Positions 1 to 11,042 of a DNA stretch of 64,000 nucleotides are shown piece after piece (the first letter of the stretch is position 1; every line of letters begins with the position of its first letter). Under the pieces are notes generated by a model. It was not told the origin of the DNA. It saw only the letters and a program-made list of their open reading frames with translations, and searched no databases. The DNA comes from Camelus ferus. Taxonomy: Eukaryota. The stretch covers positions 79,486,001 through 79,550,000 of the forward strand of contig NC_045697.1 of assembly GCF_009834535.1 (NCBI RefSeq), given 5' to 3'. The translations under genes were made by a program, and so were the position numbers.

Positions 1-164
1 GTTACCAGTGCACCCCTCGAAGCAGACTGGCCTATATTAATTTCATAACACCGTCCTTAACTTTTAGAGTCACTTATATTTGATTTCTTAAAATGTGTTG
101 TGATAGAAAATGCTGCGGTATCTGATAAAACCTCACTGCTTATGGTATTAAGATTCTAAACTCT

Positions 165-705
165 CTGCAATAAAAAGTAATGAACCATTGATGCACGCAA
201 CAACTTAATGGGGAATTTAACAGAAAATTAAATCTCAAAAGGTGACATACTTTGTGATTCCATTTATATAACATTTTTGAACTGACAACGTATTTAGATA
301 TACAGGACAGATTATTGATTACCAGGGGTTGAGAAGTGGGTGTCTATAAAAGGGCAGCATCAAGGATCTTTGTGGTGCTGGAACTGTCTGATGTCTTCTC
401 TGTGATGGTGGCTTCTGAATCAACATAGGTGATAAAATTGTATAGAATTTAACACACACCTACCCCTGCCTACACACACACACACACACATACGAGTGTA
501 AATAACACTGGGGAAATCTGAATAGAATTGGTAAATTGTACCAAAGTCAATCTCCTGGTTGTGATATAATTAAACTATAACTTAGTAAAATGTTACCATG
601 GGGGGCACCTGGGCAACGTGTACAAGGGGTCTTGCTGTATTATTTCTTAACAACTGCAAGTGAATCTACAATTACCTCAGTAAAAACTACAATTTAATAA
701 AAAGT
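165..705 (+). mobile_element. Ancient L1M (L1MC/L1MD-like) 3' UTR fragment
   Basis: Contains L1M 3' motifs (tgtgattccatttatataac; gtattatttcttaacaactgcaagtgaatctacaatta) ending in an A-rich tail. Boundaries approximate. Confidence 0.7.
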
Positions 706-2550
706 AATGTCAAGAAATCCATAGTTTGATTATACCAATATAGGCTCATCTCTTATATATATTATTATATATTTGTTATATAAGTTGTTTGTAGGCATCA
801 AGTATTATAGGAAAATTAAAAAAAAAAAGATGAATATGTACTTATATGGAAACATGCTATATTGCAAAGTGAAAAAAAAGTAGGATGCATAACACAATCC
901 CCATATTATATCTTTGCAGAGATGTGTGCTAAGAGCTGTGGAAGGACAAGTAAGAAACAGTTTATGGTACTTTACTGCTAGGACTAGAATAATGGGGAAC
1001 AGAGGACTCTTGTTTGTCACTTTATGTAATTCTGCAGTGTTTGTATGTTTACCATGAGCAGGTATTACCTTTATGATTAGTATTTTACCAAAAAGATTAT
1101 AGCTCAATAATTCTTTAAAGTCTTAATAAGAGTTTGTGAAATACTGAGCTATACTTGTCAATATGAGAGTCAAAAACACCTGGAATAACTTTAAGAAATA
1201 CGGTATCAATATGTTGTCAACTGAAAACCAATGTGTTCTTCAAAACTTGCCTCTCTACACTCCCTATCATTTTGAAGAAGCCAAACATGACTTGACAATG
1301 AGAAAAATAATCCTTTCTTAAAGAATTTAAGAAAAAAAAAAGTCCATGTAAAAAAAGTCCATTTCTAGTGTTTTTTTCTATTTCTGGTAACTTCTTCAAA
1401 TCATCAACAATCATCATTTATTTCATGCCTACTATTTGTAGAATATGTGCTCAGTTCTGAGAATAAAAGCAAACCTATGACATAGCCTCTGACTTCAAGA
1501 TGTTAATGACATAGCTCTGGGTAATAGAGTATATACATAAAATTTAGACAACTGTTCAATAAGTGTTGTATGTAAGTATTATGTATGTAAGAGTTACAAG
1601 GTTGCTACAGAGAGTAACTGCTAATAAATGATCAGAGGATGAGGTAGTTACAGAAGACTAGGGAAATCCAGTAATACTTTTGCTAGAAGGCTGAAATAAA
1701 TGTGGCGATTTATTTAAGAATGAGTAGACCAGTTCAGCTTTAAAAAGGTTTATATAGAGAAAAGATAGGAAAGAAAATTGGAGAGAAGCAGAGCAGTCCT
1801 GATGTGTAGTCTTCAATGCCAGCTTCCAAACATTCAGTCTAAATTTAATATGAAATAGAACTTGGAGCAAGAGCTCTGTAAGCTAGAATATCTGAATTTC
1901 AGTCTATTGATGTGTTTTGTGCCACTGAAACTCCTGTCCTTTTAGTTGATTAGTTTTAAGATTGTTTTGGACCTTATGTATATTGGTTTAATATGTTTAT
2001 TTGGGAATAGGTCCAATTCTCTTTAGAGACTTACGACCCTTCTCAATTTTGTCTGGAAGCTGGAGAGAGACTTTTTAAGCTTTTGTTAGGGTATAGTGTG
2101 GAAAGCAAGGTCTAGGGCTTTAGACTACAAATCCTACCCAAAATACCAATTATATTGTATTAAAACTATCTTCTCTTAGGAATAGGATGGGTCCTTAACT
2201 TCTTTTCCAGTTCTATACGGAGGTGGAGGAGAGAAAATGCCTATAAGCTAATTACAAACACTGGCCAGGTGGTGTACTGGGAGTAATACTCAACATTTGT
2301 ATGCCCCTTATCGTTTGCAGTGTGCTGTCACATATATCTGATCCTCTGGAATGCAGCCCTTGATAAACATCAGAAGGCCTAGAGCAATGGCACATTACTG
2401 ACAGACCCATCACTTCCTAGGAAGTTGATCTGGTGTCTTACATGATCTAGCCAGATTACACACTGAAGCTTTTATTTCATGGTATTCAGGGTCTTCAGTT
2501 CATTTGAACAAACAAGGAAAAGCATATGGAGGGAAATCAAGCCTCAGAGT

Positions 2551-2605
2551 AAGAAAAGAAAAGAAAAAAAAGAAAAGAAAAGAAAAAAAGAAAAAGAAAA
2601 GAAAA
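2551..2605 (+). repeat. (AAAAG)n-type purine simple repeat
   Basis: Seen directly: aagaaaagaaaagaaaaaaaagaaaagaaa... Confidence 0.9.
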
Positions 2606-2651
2606 GCTTTTTAGTTGGAGTTGTGAGACACGTAGGAGAGAGGGTAGATAA

Positions 2652-2800
2652 AGGAACTTTGTGGGTGGTGGGTATGTTCATTATCATGATTGTGGTGATG
2701 GTTCATGGGTGTATTCATATGTCTAAAAGCCATCAAATTGTATAATCCAGATGTACACCATTTACTGTGTGTCAATTATGCCTCGGTAAAACTTTAAAAA
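2652..2800 (+). mobile_element. Old L1M 3' end fragment
   Basis: gattgtggtgatggttcatgggtgta...catcaaattgtata...tgtgtcaattatgcctc resembles L1MC/L1ME 3' termini. Confidence 0.55.
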
Positions 2801-2944
2801 TGCTTTTAAAGGCATGCTTACCACAGAGTTATATTTATATGATGTTCAACAACAGGCAGAACTAATCTATGGTAGTAACCAAAAAAAAAAAAAAAATCAG
2901 AAAACACCTGTGTTTTAATAAAGCACCGTTAATAGTACAAGTCA

Positions 2945-3120
2945 GCAGAAAGTGATTAACAGGGGCTCTGAAAGCAGTGCTCACTGACCACGTGACTTGG
3001 GTCATCGAACTAATCTTCTCTGGGTCTCATTTTTCTTATCTATAACATAGTGAAATACTGTCCTGCTACTCCACATAGTAGTTGGGTAGGTCAAATGTGT
3101 GATAAGTATAAAAGCCTGCA
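2945..3120 (+). mobile_element. MIR SINE fragment
   Basis: Degenerate MIR core (gtgacttggg...tctctgggtctcatttttcttatctataac). Confidence 0.55.
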
Positions 3121-3152
3121 AATAAGAGCGTAATTCTAAATGACAGCTTCAT

Positions 3153-3283
3153 GGGGGTGGCTGTAGCTCCATGGTAGAGTGCGTACTTAGTATACACAAG
3201 GTCCTGGGTTCAAGCCCCAGTACCTCCATTTAAATAAATAACCTAATTACCACCCCCCCAAACCAAACAAACAAAAAAATAAA
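3153..3283 (+). mobile_element. tRNA-Ala-derived SINE (camelid vic-1-like)
   Basis: tRNA-Ala-like head (gtagctccatggtagag...ggtcctgggttcaagccccagtacctcca), then aaataa-cctaattac-(C)n and an A-rich tail. Confidence 0.85.
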
Positions 3284-3774
3284 TGGGAATTTCAGATTAA
3301 AGAAAAAATAAAACCTAATATTGTTTCTCACTTACTTAGTTCCCAGATTCAATAAGTGTTTTATAACCCACTTAGACCCCCTACTCCAAACAGACACACA
3401 GGCACACACACAAAACAACCTTTGAGGTTTAGAGAAGTTACTTGCCTACTGTCACAGATTATAGAAGACAGAATCCAAACTCAAAGCCAGGTTTGTCACA
3501 CCAAAATACATACCTTTTCTTTTGGAGCTGCACAAATATTTCTGTGTTCTGGCAATGATGGTAATGAGTCTCTGTTATGAAATAGAAATCAGGAGTTAAT
3601 TGGAGACATTGGAGGGTTTGGGAGGGGCCTGTATTTTTTAAAGCTTGATTGAAATGCTAATTAATGCATATTTAAAATATGTAATTAACATATATAATAA
3701 GATGTATATAATACTATTTGAGGAGTTTTGTGAATCTAATAAAATATAAGATCATAAACTTATTTATAAATTTT

Positions 3775-3938
3775 GGGAAGAGGGTATAGCTCAAGTGGTA
3801 GAGTGCCTGCTTAGCATGCTTAGCATGGGAGATCCTGGGTTCAATTCCCAGTACCTACTCTAACAATAAAAACACCTAATTACACCCCCCCAAATAAAAT
3901 AATTAAATAATACAATAATAAATACATTAAATTAAAAA
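3775..3938 (+). mobile_element. tRNA-Ala-derived SINE (vic-1-like)
   Basis: gagggtatagctcaagtggtagag head, B box ggttcaattcc, internal duplication of gcttagcat, cctaattac(C)n and AT-rich tail. Confidence 0.85.
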
Positions 3939-4054
3939 GTAAATTTATATTACTGTTTAAGAAGTTATAATCTCTTAGAGGAAACAAAGCATCCATCATT
4001 GCAAAGTTTTGGACTGTTTTCTGAGAATTGTAAGTTAAGAATTATGTGGTTATG

Positions 4055-4194
4055 GCAGGGGAGGGTATAGCTGAATGGTAAAGTGTGCACCTAGCATGCA
4101 TAAGGTCCTGGGTTCAATCCCCAGTACCTCTCAAAATAAATAAATACCTAATTAACTCCCCTAAAACAAAAAACAACAAAATGAAACAAAAAAA
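4055..4194 (+). mobile_element. tRNA-Ala-derived SINE (vic-1-like) with 18-bp TSD
   Basis: TSD aagaatta(t/c)gtggttatg at 4037-4054 and 4195-4212 (one mismatch), preceded by TT, an L1 endonuclease-type TT/AAGA site. Confidence 0.92.
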
Positions 4195-4992
4195 AAGAAT
4201 TACGTGGTTATGTTTGCTTGCTTCGTATTTGATACAATGGTCTCTCCATATTATTTATACAAAAATACACTAACCTACATACACATGCATACACACACTT
4301 TCACACACACAAAGTTTGGTTGAACATCAATGCAATCAGCTATCTCTAGTTATGGATTATGATTCAATATTGTTTCAAGTTGTGCTTTAAATCACAAGCT
4401 TTACTGAGTACTTATTAAATGTGAAGAACTATGCTAGGCACTGGGAATTCAGGAAAAAAAAAAAAAACAACCAGAGTCTTAACCCTTGGGAGCTCATAAT
4501 CTGGTTGGGGAGATAATTGTGTAGACAGACAAATTACAGATGTACAAATATTAAAATAGAACTAGGAAAAATTGCTTTTGGGACACAGAACAAAACCCCA
4601 GTCTGTTTAAGGGAGTCAGGAAGGCTTTTTCTTGATCTAGGTCTTGCAAGGCACACAGATGTTAGTCAGGTGAAAAAGAGAGGTGAGGGCATTCTGGGTG
4701 GATGGATCCCAGCATGTGTGAGGCCACAGTCATAGGCAAGGCCGGCTTTCAAGGAGCAGGGAGTGGCAGGAACAGAGCATGAATGAGGAAGAGCAGGAAT
4801 TCAGATTCAAAAGACCAGTTGTGGAAAGATTGGCAAGGGCAGGCACTAGAAGAAAAAAAAACAAAAACAAAAAACCCAACCAACTAGTAACTTGAAACAA
4901 TTTTATTATGACAACTATACCCAAAACATTTGCCTAAAGTATTATGTAAATGGTTGAATAGCATTCCATTATAGATCCCAATATGTGGAAGT

Positions 4993-5308
4993 GTTTTTTT
5001 AGGTTTTTTTTTGTTTCATTTTGTTTTTGTTTTTTGGTGTGGGGAGGTAATGAAGTTTATTTATTTATTTTTTTTTTCCTTTGGCGGGGGGAAGTAATTA
5101 GTTTTGTTTGTTTGTTTGTTTGTTTATTAATGGAGGTACTGGGCACTGAATCCAGGACCTTGTACATGCTAAGGAGGTATACACAGCTTCTGAGCTACAC
5201 CCTCTCCCCTATTTAATTACTTTTTTAATGGAGGTACTGGAGATTGAACCCAGGACCTCCTATGCATGCTAAGCATGTACTCTACCACTTGATTTATACC
5301 CTCCCCCC
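4993..5308 (-). mobile_element. vic-1-like SINE (outer), split by a second SINE
   Basis: Head at 5308-5228; its aaataaac-cattacctcccc-A tail resumes at ~5067-4993. Confidence 0.8.
5068..5209 (-). mobile_element. vic-1-like SINE (inner), nested in the A-rich linker of the outer SINE
   Basis: Has its own head, (AAAC)n linker, ctaattac(C)n and poly(A), lying between the two halves of the outer copy. Confidence 0.8.
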
Positions 5309-6965
5309 AGGAAGTTCTATAATGTATGCACTCAATTTTAACTTAAGAATAGTTAGGTGATTTCCAGGCTGTTGTGGTTTATTTGTTTATGTTTTTACTA
5401 TTATAACGAGTGCTGCAGTAAAAAAAAAAAATCTTTGCTCTTGCTCCTTATTTTCAAAGTTAAAAGTTATGTGCATTTTTAAGTTTTTTTTTGTACAGAG
5501 TGATAAAATACCTTTGAAAGAGTATATACCAATTTATACCTCTGTCAACAATGCCTAGGTACACTTTCTGAAGCTCTGGAGAATTTTCATTTCTTGAAAT
5601 CTCTTCTCTGACCATTTATAAGTGAAAGTAGTATTTTTTCATTTGAATTTGTATTTCTTTGATATCTAATGAGTCTAATTTTTTTTTTAATCTGAACATT
5701 GGAAATTACTGTTCTTTTCTGAGTTTTCCTGAAACCCCTGCTCTCTTTTGATAAGGTACTTGTCTTTTCCTCATATTATGGGTATTAACTCCGTCTATAA
5801 AAATTATGTAAATATTTTTTCATGGGATCATTTAACTTTTAATTTTTTTCTCTTCATTCACACAAAAATATACACACATTTATGTGTATTATACATTTTC
5901 ATACCCAAATTATAAGAGATTTGACAGAAAGAAGTTTCATAATTTTGTGAGAAAAAAATCTATCAGTCTTTTTCTTTTTTATTATTTTATAGCTATCATT
6001 CTTAAAAACATCTTCCTCAACACAAAAAGTATCTTAATATCAAGAAGGGCTTTTACTTCAAAGCAAAGGGACGTTTAAGGGATTTTTATCCTGAGGGCAA
6101 TCGAAAGCCATCAGGGCTTTTGAAATGAGAGCATTCTTTTTTTTTTTAAGGAAGATAACTCTGGCTGAATTATGCAAGATGTTCCAGGATAGAAAAAGCT
6201 CTACAGGGTCATTATTAAGAAACTACAATTGACTAAGGGCAGCTGAAAGCCTGGACTAAAGCCATGAATATGGGGAAAAAGAAACAAGTCAAATTACCAT
6301 TTAGAATTCATGGGGTTTGGTGAGAGATTCTAGAGTGTGAGAGATGTAGAGACGTCTAGAATGACAGTAGTTTCTAGTTTGAGACACTCAGCTGATGGTG
6401 AGAATCTTCATCCAAGTTAGGAATGAAGAGGATAGAGGAGACTTTGAATATTTGTATATATGGATGGACAGATGGGGTGGATAAAGAAAAAGAGATGTGT
6501 TGTAATTTAACTATCTCATATTATAGGGACTGAACAATGCCTTTACTTAACCCACTGGAGTGAACTCTTTCCTGGAACACTCTTCACTGTTGCAGCAAGT
6601 GACAAGTACTACCAGGATTTATGATAGTAAAGATGGAAATATTTTCCCACATACAAGATTATATTATAAATCTATCCATATCTATCAATGTCAATATCTA
6701 CCTCTTTTTATGTACCTAGTACTTACCTATCTGCCTACTTAAAACCTTAACATTATTTTTGACATGTTCCTTTTTTTTTTTGGTCAATTTGAATTAAGTA
6801 CCCCAGGCCAGTAGAGATTAAAGACCCTGATTCAGGGCCAATCATAATACAGAAGAGCAGGAAGTCAGAGCCGAATTCCTGTCACTTACTAGTGTCACTA
6901 AATTTCCTCTGATTCTCTAAAATTGTTTCTTTTTTAACTACCTCTATTCTCAGCATCCTATTTTT

Positions 6966-7196
6966 CTCTTTTTTAAAATTATAGTTGATTTACAATATTG
7001 TGTTAGTTTCAGGTGTACAGCAAAGTGATTCCGTTTTTTTTATATATATTTTTTCAGGTTATTTTCCACTATAGGGTATTATAAGATATTGAGTACAGTT
7101 CCTGTGCTACACAGTAAATCCCTGTTGCTTATCTATCCTATATATAGTAATATGTATCTGTTAATCCCATACTCCTAAATTTATTCCCCCCCCCAA
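6966..7196 (-). mobile_element. 5'-truncated cetartiodactyl-type L1 3' end with TSD
   Basis: tatagttgatttacaatattgtgttagtttcaggtgtacagc is a typical L1 3' end. TSD ctcagc(a/c)tcctattttt at 6949-6965 and 7197-7213. Confidence 0.85.
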
Positions 7197-7249
7197 CTCA
7201 GCCTCCTATTTTTTAGGTAGCTATCATTACATAAAAAAATAGTAGTAAC

Positions 7250-7450
7250 CACATAATTGAGAGTTTATATTATGTGTTAGTAATGTTTATGTAGATTACC
7301 TCATTTAATAGTCATAATAACTCTATAAAGTAAGTACTATTATTATTTCCATTTCACAGATAAGGAAACTAAGGTATAGAAATGTTAATTAACTCGGATT
7401 TCAAAGAAGTAACTGACTTAAATTCACCATCTTAACCAGCATACTATCCT
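7250..7450 (-). mobile_element. MIR SINE
   Basis: ccatttcacagataaggaaactaagg is the reverse-strand MIR core. Confidence 0.7.
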
Positions 7451-7694
7451 GCCACCATAAAAATTGTCACGTTGGATGACTTACAATGCTTACAAAGGGA
7501 AAAAAAGAACAGTTTTTATGATGTAGTTTCATAAAGAGTTGTTCATGTTTGACCATGAGTGTAATTCTTATCCACACATTTGAGAAATAATGGTACAGTG
7601 TTTGCATTATAGTATAGACTTTGGGCTTTAAGATTTGAATGAGTTCAAATCATGGCTCTGCAGACTTTTAAATAAACTTGACAAAAATATTTAA

Positions 7695-9660
7695 TTTATC
7701 CACCAGATATTTATTGAACATCAATGTGTCAGGCACTGTTCAAGGTGCTGGAGGGTCTAGGGGTTTAAAACAGGGAACAAAACCAGTTCCCTGTCCTCAT
7801 GGAACTTACCTTCCAGCGACAAATGTCAACAAACAAGTAAATGTACAAACTCTGTCAGATAGCAGTAAGTGTATAGGAGGGATGTACTACTGCAAGGTAA
7901 GAGGAATGAGAAGGGTGGAGTGTTATTACCTTGTGGAATATATTTGTTTTCTAGGGGGTCCTATAACAAAGCACCAGAAACTGGGTGGCTTAAATAATAG
8001 AAACCGATTGTCTCACAGCTGTGGAGGCTAGAAGTCCGAGATCAATTTCGACAGGGTTGGTTCCTTCTGAGGGCGGGGGGGGGGGGCATCTGTTCTGTGC
8101 CACTTTCCTAGATTCTGGTAGTATACTGGCAAACTTGGTCATTCCTTGATTATAGAGGCATCATTCCAATTTCTGCCTTAATGTTCACATGGCATTGTCC
8201 CTATGTGTGTGTCTATGTTCAAATACACCCTACTCCAGTATGACCTCATCTTTACTGATTACATCTTCAACAACCCTTCCAAATAAGGTCACATTCTGAG
8301 GTACTGGGGATTAGGATTTCAACATATGCACTTTGGGAGACACAATTTACCCCATAGCATAGGGTAATAAGGGAGACCTCACTGATAAGGGGATATTGGC
8401 ACAGGGGCCTGAAGGAAGTAAGGGAATGATCCCTGCAGATATCTGGGGGAAGAGTGGTCCAGGTGCAAAGGACCTGAGACCAGAATAGGCCTAGAATGCT
8501 CAAGATTTAGAAACAAGACCAGTGTGGCCATGGGGAGACAGTGAGAAGATGGCTGGACATAAGGTTAGAGGGGTGGTGGACAGAAGTGGAGGATGGATTA
8601 CATAGATCTTATCTTAGAGCAAAAGATGGAAAGACACTGTTCTTACTTCTGTTCTTGCCCTGAGTGAGATGCGGAGATATGAGAGGGCTTTGAGCACTGC
8701 TAAGTGCTCTGTTGCAGGCCACCTGTGAGGAACGGGGGTGGAAGAATGCAGGCTGGCTAGAGATTTTTGCTCTCAGGCGGGTGAAAGATAATGGTGGCCT
8801 GGACTAGAGGGACTGTAGTGAAGATACAAAAGTGGTTGGATTCTGAATTTAGGTAGCAGCAACAGTAATTGCTGTTAGAGCAAATGTGGATTGTGAGAGC
8901 AAGTGAGGAATTAAGAATATCTCTGAGGTTTTTGTCCTAAGCATCTGGAAAATGGGAAAAGCCATATCAGAGCGATTAATCTGGCAGGGGAAGGTAACCA
9001 GAAGCTCAGTTTTGCACATGGTAATTTTGAAACTCCTAGATATCAGGTAGAGGTGAAGGCAGTTGGCAATAGGAGTTTGAACTTAATGGAGAAGATTGGG
9101 GATGGAGACAGACATTTGGAAATACAATATGTATCTGAATATAGATTCTATTTAAAGCCATGGAACTGTATGAGATAAACAATGGAGTGAGTACAGATAG
9201 AGAAGAAAAGGAGGACCAGAACTACTCTTTGACATTTCAAAGTTTAGAGGTCTGGGAGATGAGGAAGAACCAGTAAAGAGGCTGAGGAGAAGCAACCAGT
9301 GAGATAAGAAAATGATCAAAAAAGAATGATGTCCAGAAGTCGAGGGAAGACATGTTCAAGAAGGAAGGAATGATTGGAAAAAAAATATTTAGAGGTCAGG
9401 CCAAATGAGGACTGAGAATTGATCATTAGATGTAGTAACACAAGGGTCACTGGGAACCTTGTCAGGAGAAAGTTTGGTGGAGGAGGTGAAGGAAAGTTTG
9501 AATGAAGTGGCTTCAACAGAAAACATGAAGAGAAGAACTGGAGATAATAAAACTTTGTAGAAGATCTTGATGAAAAGCAGTGTAAACACTATAACACTAG
9601 CTGGGGGACGGGGAAGGAGGCTGAGAAGGGAGTCTGTGGTAAAGGAAAACATTTTTTAAA
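7695..9660 (-). mobile_element. Long L2 LINE remnant interrupted by an MLT1 LTR
   Basis: L2 3' terminus in reverse (gatatttattgaacatcaatgtgtcaggcactgtt), followed by ~1.5 kb of purine-rich L2-like sequence. Boundaries approximate. Confidence 0.7.
7937..8359 (-). mobile_element. MaLR solo LTR (MLT1C/D-like)
   Basis: Characteristic MLT1 motifs: aaactgggtggcttaa, tctcacagctgtggaggctagaagtccgagatcaa, ccaaataaggtcacattctgaggtactgggg. Confidence 0.85.
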
Positions 9661-10499
9661 GGTGGTTCTATGTTTGCATGGAGAGCAATAAGAAAGGAAA
9701 AGCATTCATGAGAGGGAACAAACTAATCTCTTGAGGGTCATCTTCTTATCTTTAAAAAGCCATAATAATTCCCACTTCAATGAAGCAGCTGAGCCAAAGA
9801 AAGGAGATAATGATCTGGTCCTGGAAAGTGTTTTGCACTCAGTCAATAACTCCAACGACATGACATCCCTGAGACACAGTGATGCACACAAGGCTGCCGC
9901 CCCCCCCACCCCCACCCCGTGCGGGGACTCACCACTCCTGCCACAAGGCTTGGCACAGTTTGAGGTCTGCTAAACCTGGTCCTGGCCCAGAAGACAAGCT
10001 CTCTGCCTTAGTGAAGATGGGGCCATCACTAACCTTGATAGTAGCTGGAAGATGCTTTCTCATAGTGAAGAAGGTGGGAAGGGAGAAGCTGGATCTTGGG
10101 GAAGGCAAAAACGCCCAAACCATAGAAGACACGGCGCTTAAGTCACTTGATTCACCAGCTCACATCTGACATGGGTCGAAGTGTCAGTGGCATTTCACAC
10201 CGTGTTCATTCCATCAATTTATTCCTACTTATCAAGAGCGAGTGGTTGGCAGAACAAAGAATGTGTGTCTGTGGAGGCCAGCAGTGGGTGGGTGCCTGTC
10301 ACAGCGCGAAAGGGGAGAATGCGTATGAATAGGAAATGTGTGCACGGTATGAATGGAAAGAGCCGAGTGAGTGTGGCGTTGGGCAGGGAGGAGCTGGACG
10401 TGCCCCAGCGGCCGCGGGCCTCCAGAGGGAACGAGCGTCTGCCTGTGATGCGGGAGCGCCCGCCGAGGAGCCTCCTTATCCCCACCCACCTCCCGAACT

Positions 10500-10751
10500 C
10501 CGGCAGTCAGTGGTGCATATAGACATATTTCTGGGAGCTGTCCATGAGCTCATCGCTCTCCCGGCGATAGCGGCAGCAGCGAGGGAAGCAGCCTCATTTC
10601 TCCGGGCGCCTCTAGAATAAGCCCCGCCGCTCGCACATTCAGACACACGCGCGACGCGCGGCGCTCGGAAGGAGCAGCCGCCAGCCCGGCCCCGCGGCCA
10701 AGGTCGCGCCCGACCCCGGCCAGCCATGGCCCCGAGTCTCCCCTCCGGGAG
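10500..10751 (+). other. Candidate first exon 1a (start uncertain); ATG at 10726 gives MAPSLPSG.. (phase 2, or uORF)
   Basis: Donor GAG|GTAGGT at 10751/10752 and Kozak-context gccATGG at 10726. Without splicing the frame stops right away (AGG TAG). TSS not determinable. Confidence 0.5.
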
Positions 10752-10970
10752 GTAGGTAGGCGCAGGCAGGGGCGAGGGGCTCCGGCCAGGACTCCCGGCG
10801 GGCGAGCCAAGGGGGCAGCCGCCCCTCGCGCTGGGCGGGGCCGCGGGCGCGGCGGCTGAGGAGACTCCCGGCCCATCTCGGGCCGCGGGCCGCAGGCCCG
10901 GCGCTGAGGAGTCGCAGGGGACGCGGGAGACCCGGGCGTGACAGGAGGAAGAAACCCGAGCACCAGAAAG

Positions 10971-11042
10971 ATGGCTTCTCCCACCTCCCCGGCCCCGGAA
11001 GGCGGGGCCTCCACCCCGCCGAACCCGCCGCGGATTCGTCAG
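10971..11042 (+). CDS. Candidate alternative first coding exon 1b: MASPTSPAPEGGASTPPNPPRIRQ (phase 0)
   Basis: aagATGG strong Kozak at 10971, 24 codons, then donor CAG|GTGGGT at 11042/11043. Peptide not recognised; could be 5' UTR or chance. Confidence 0.3.
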
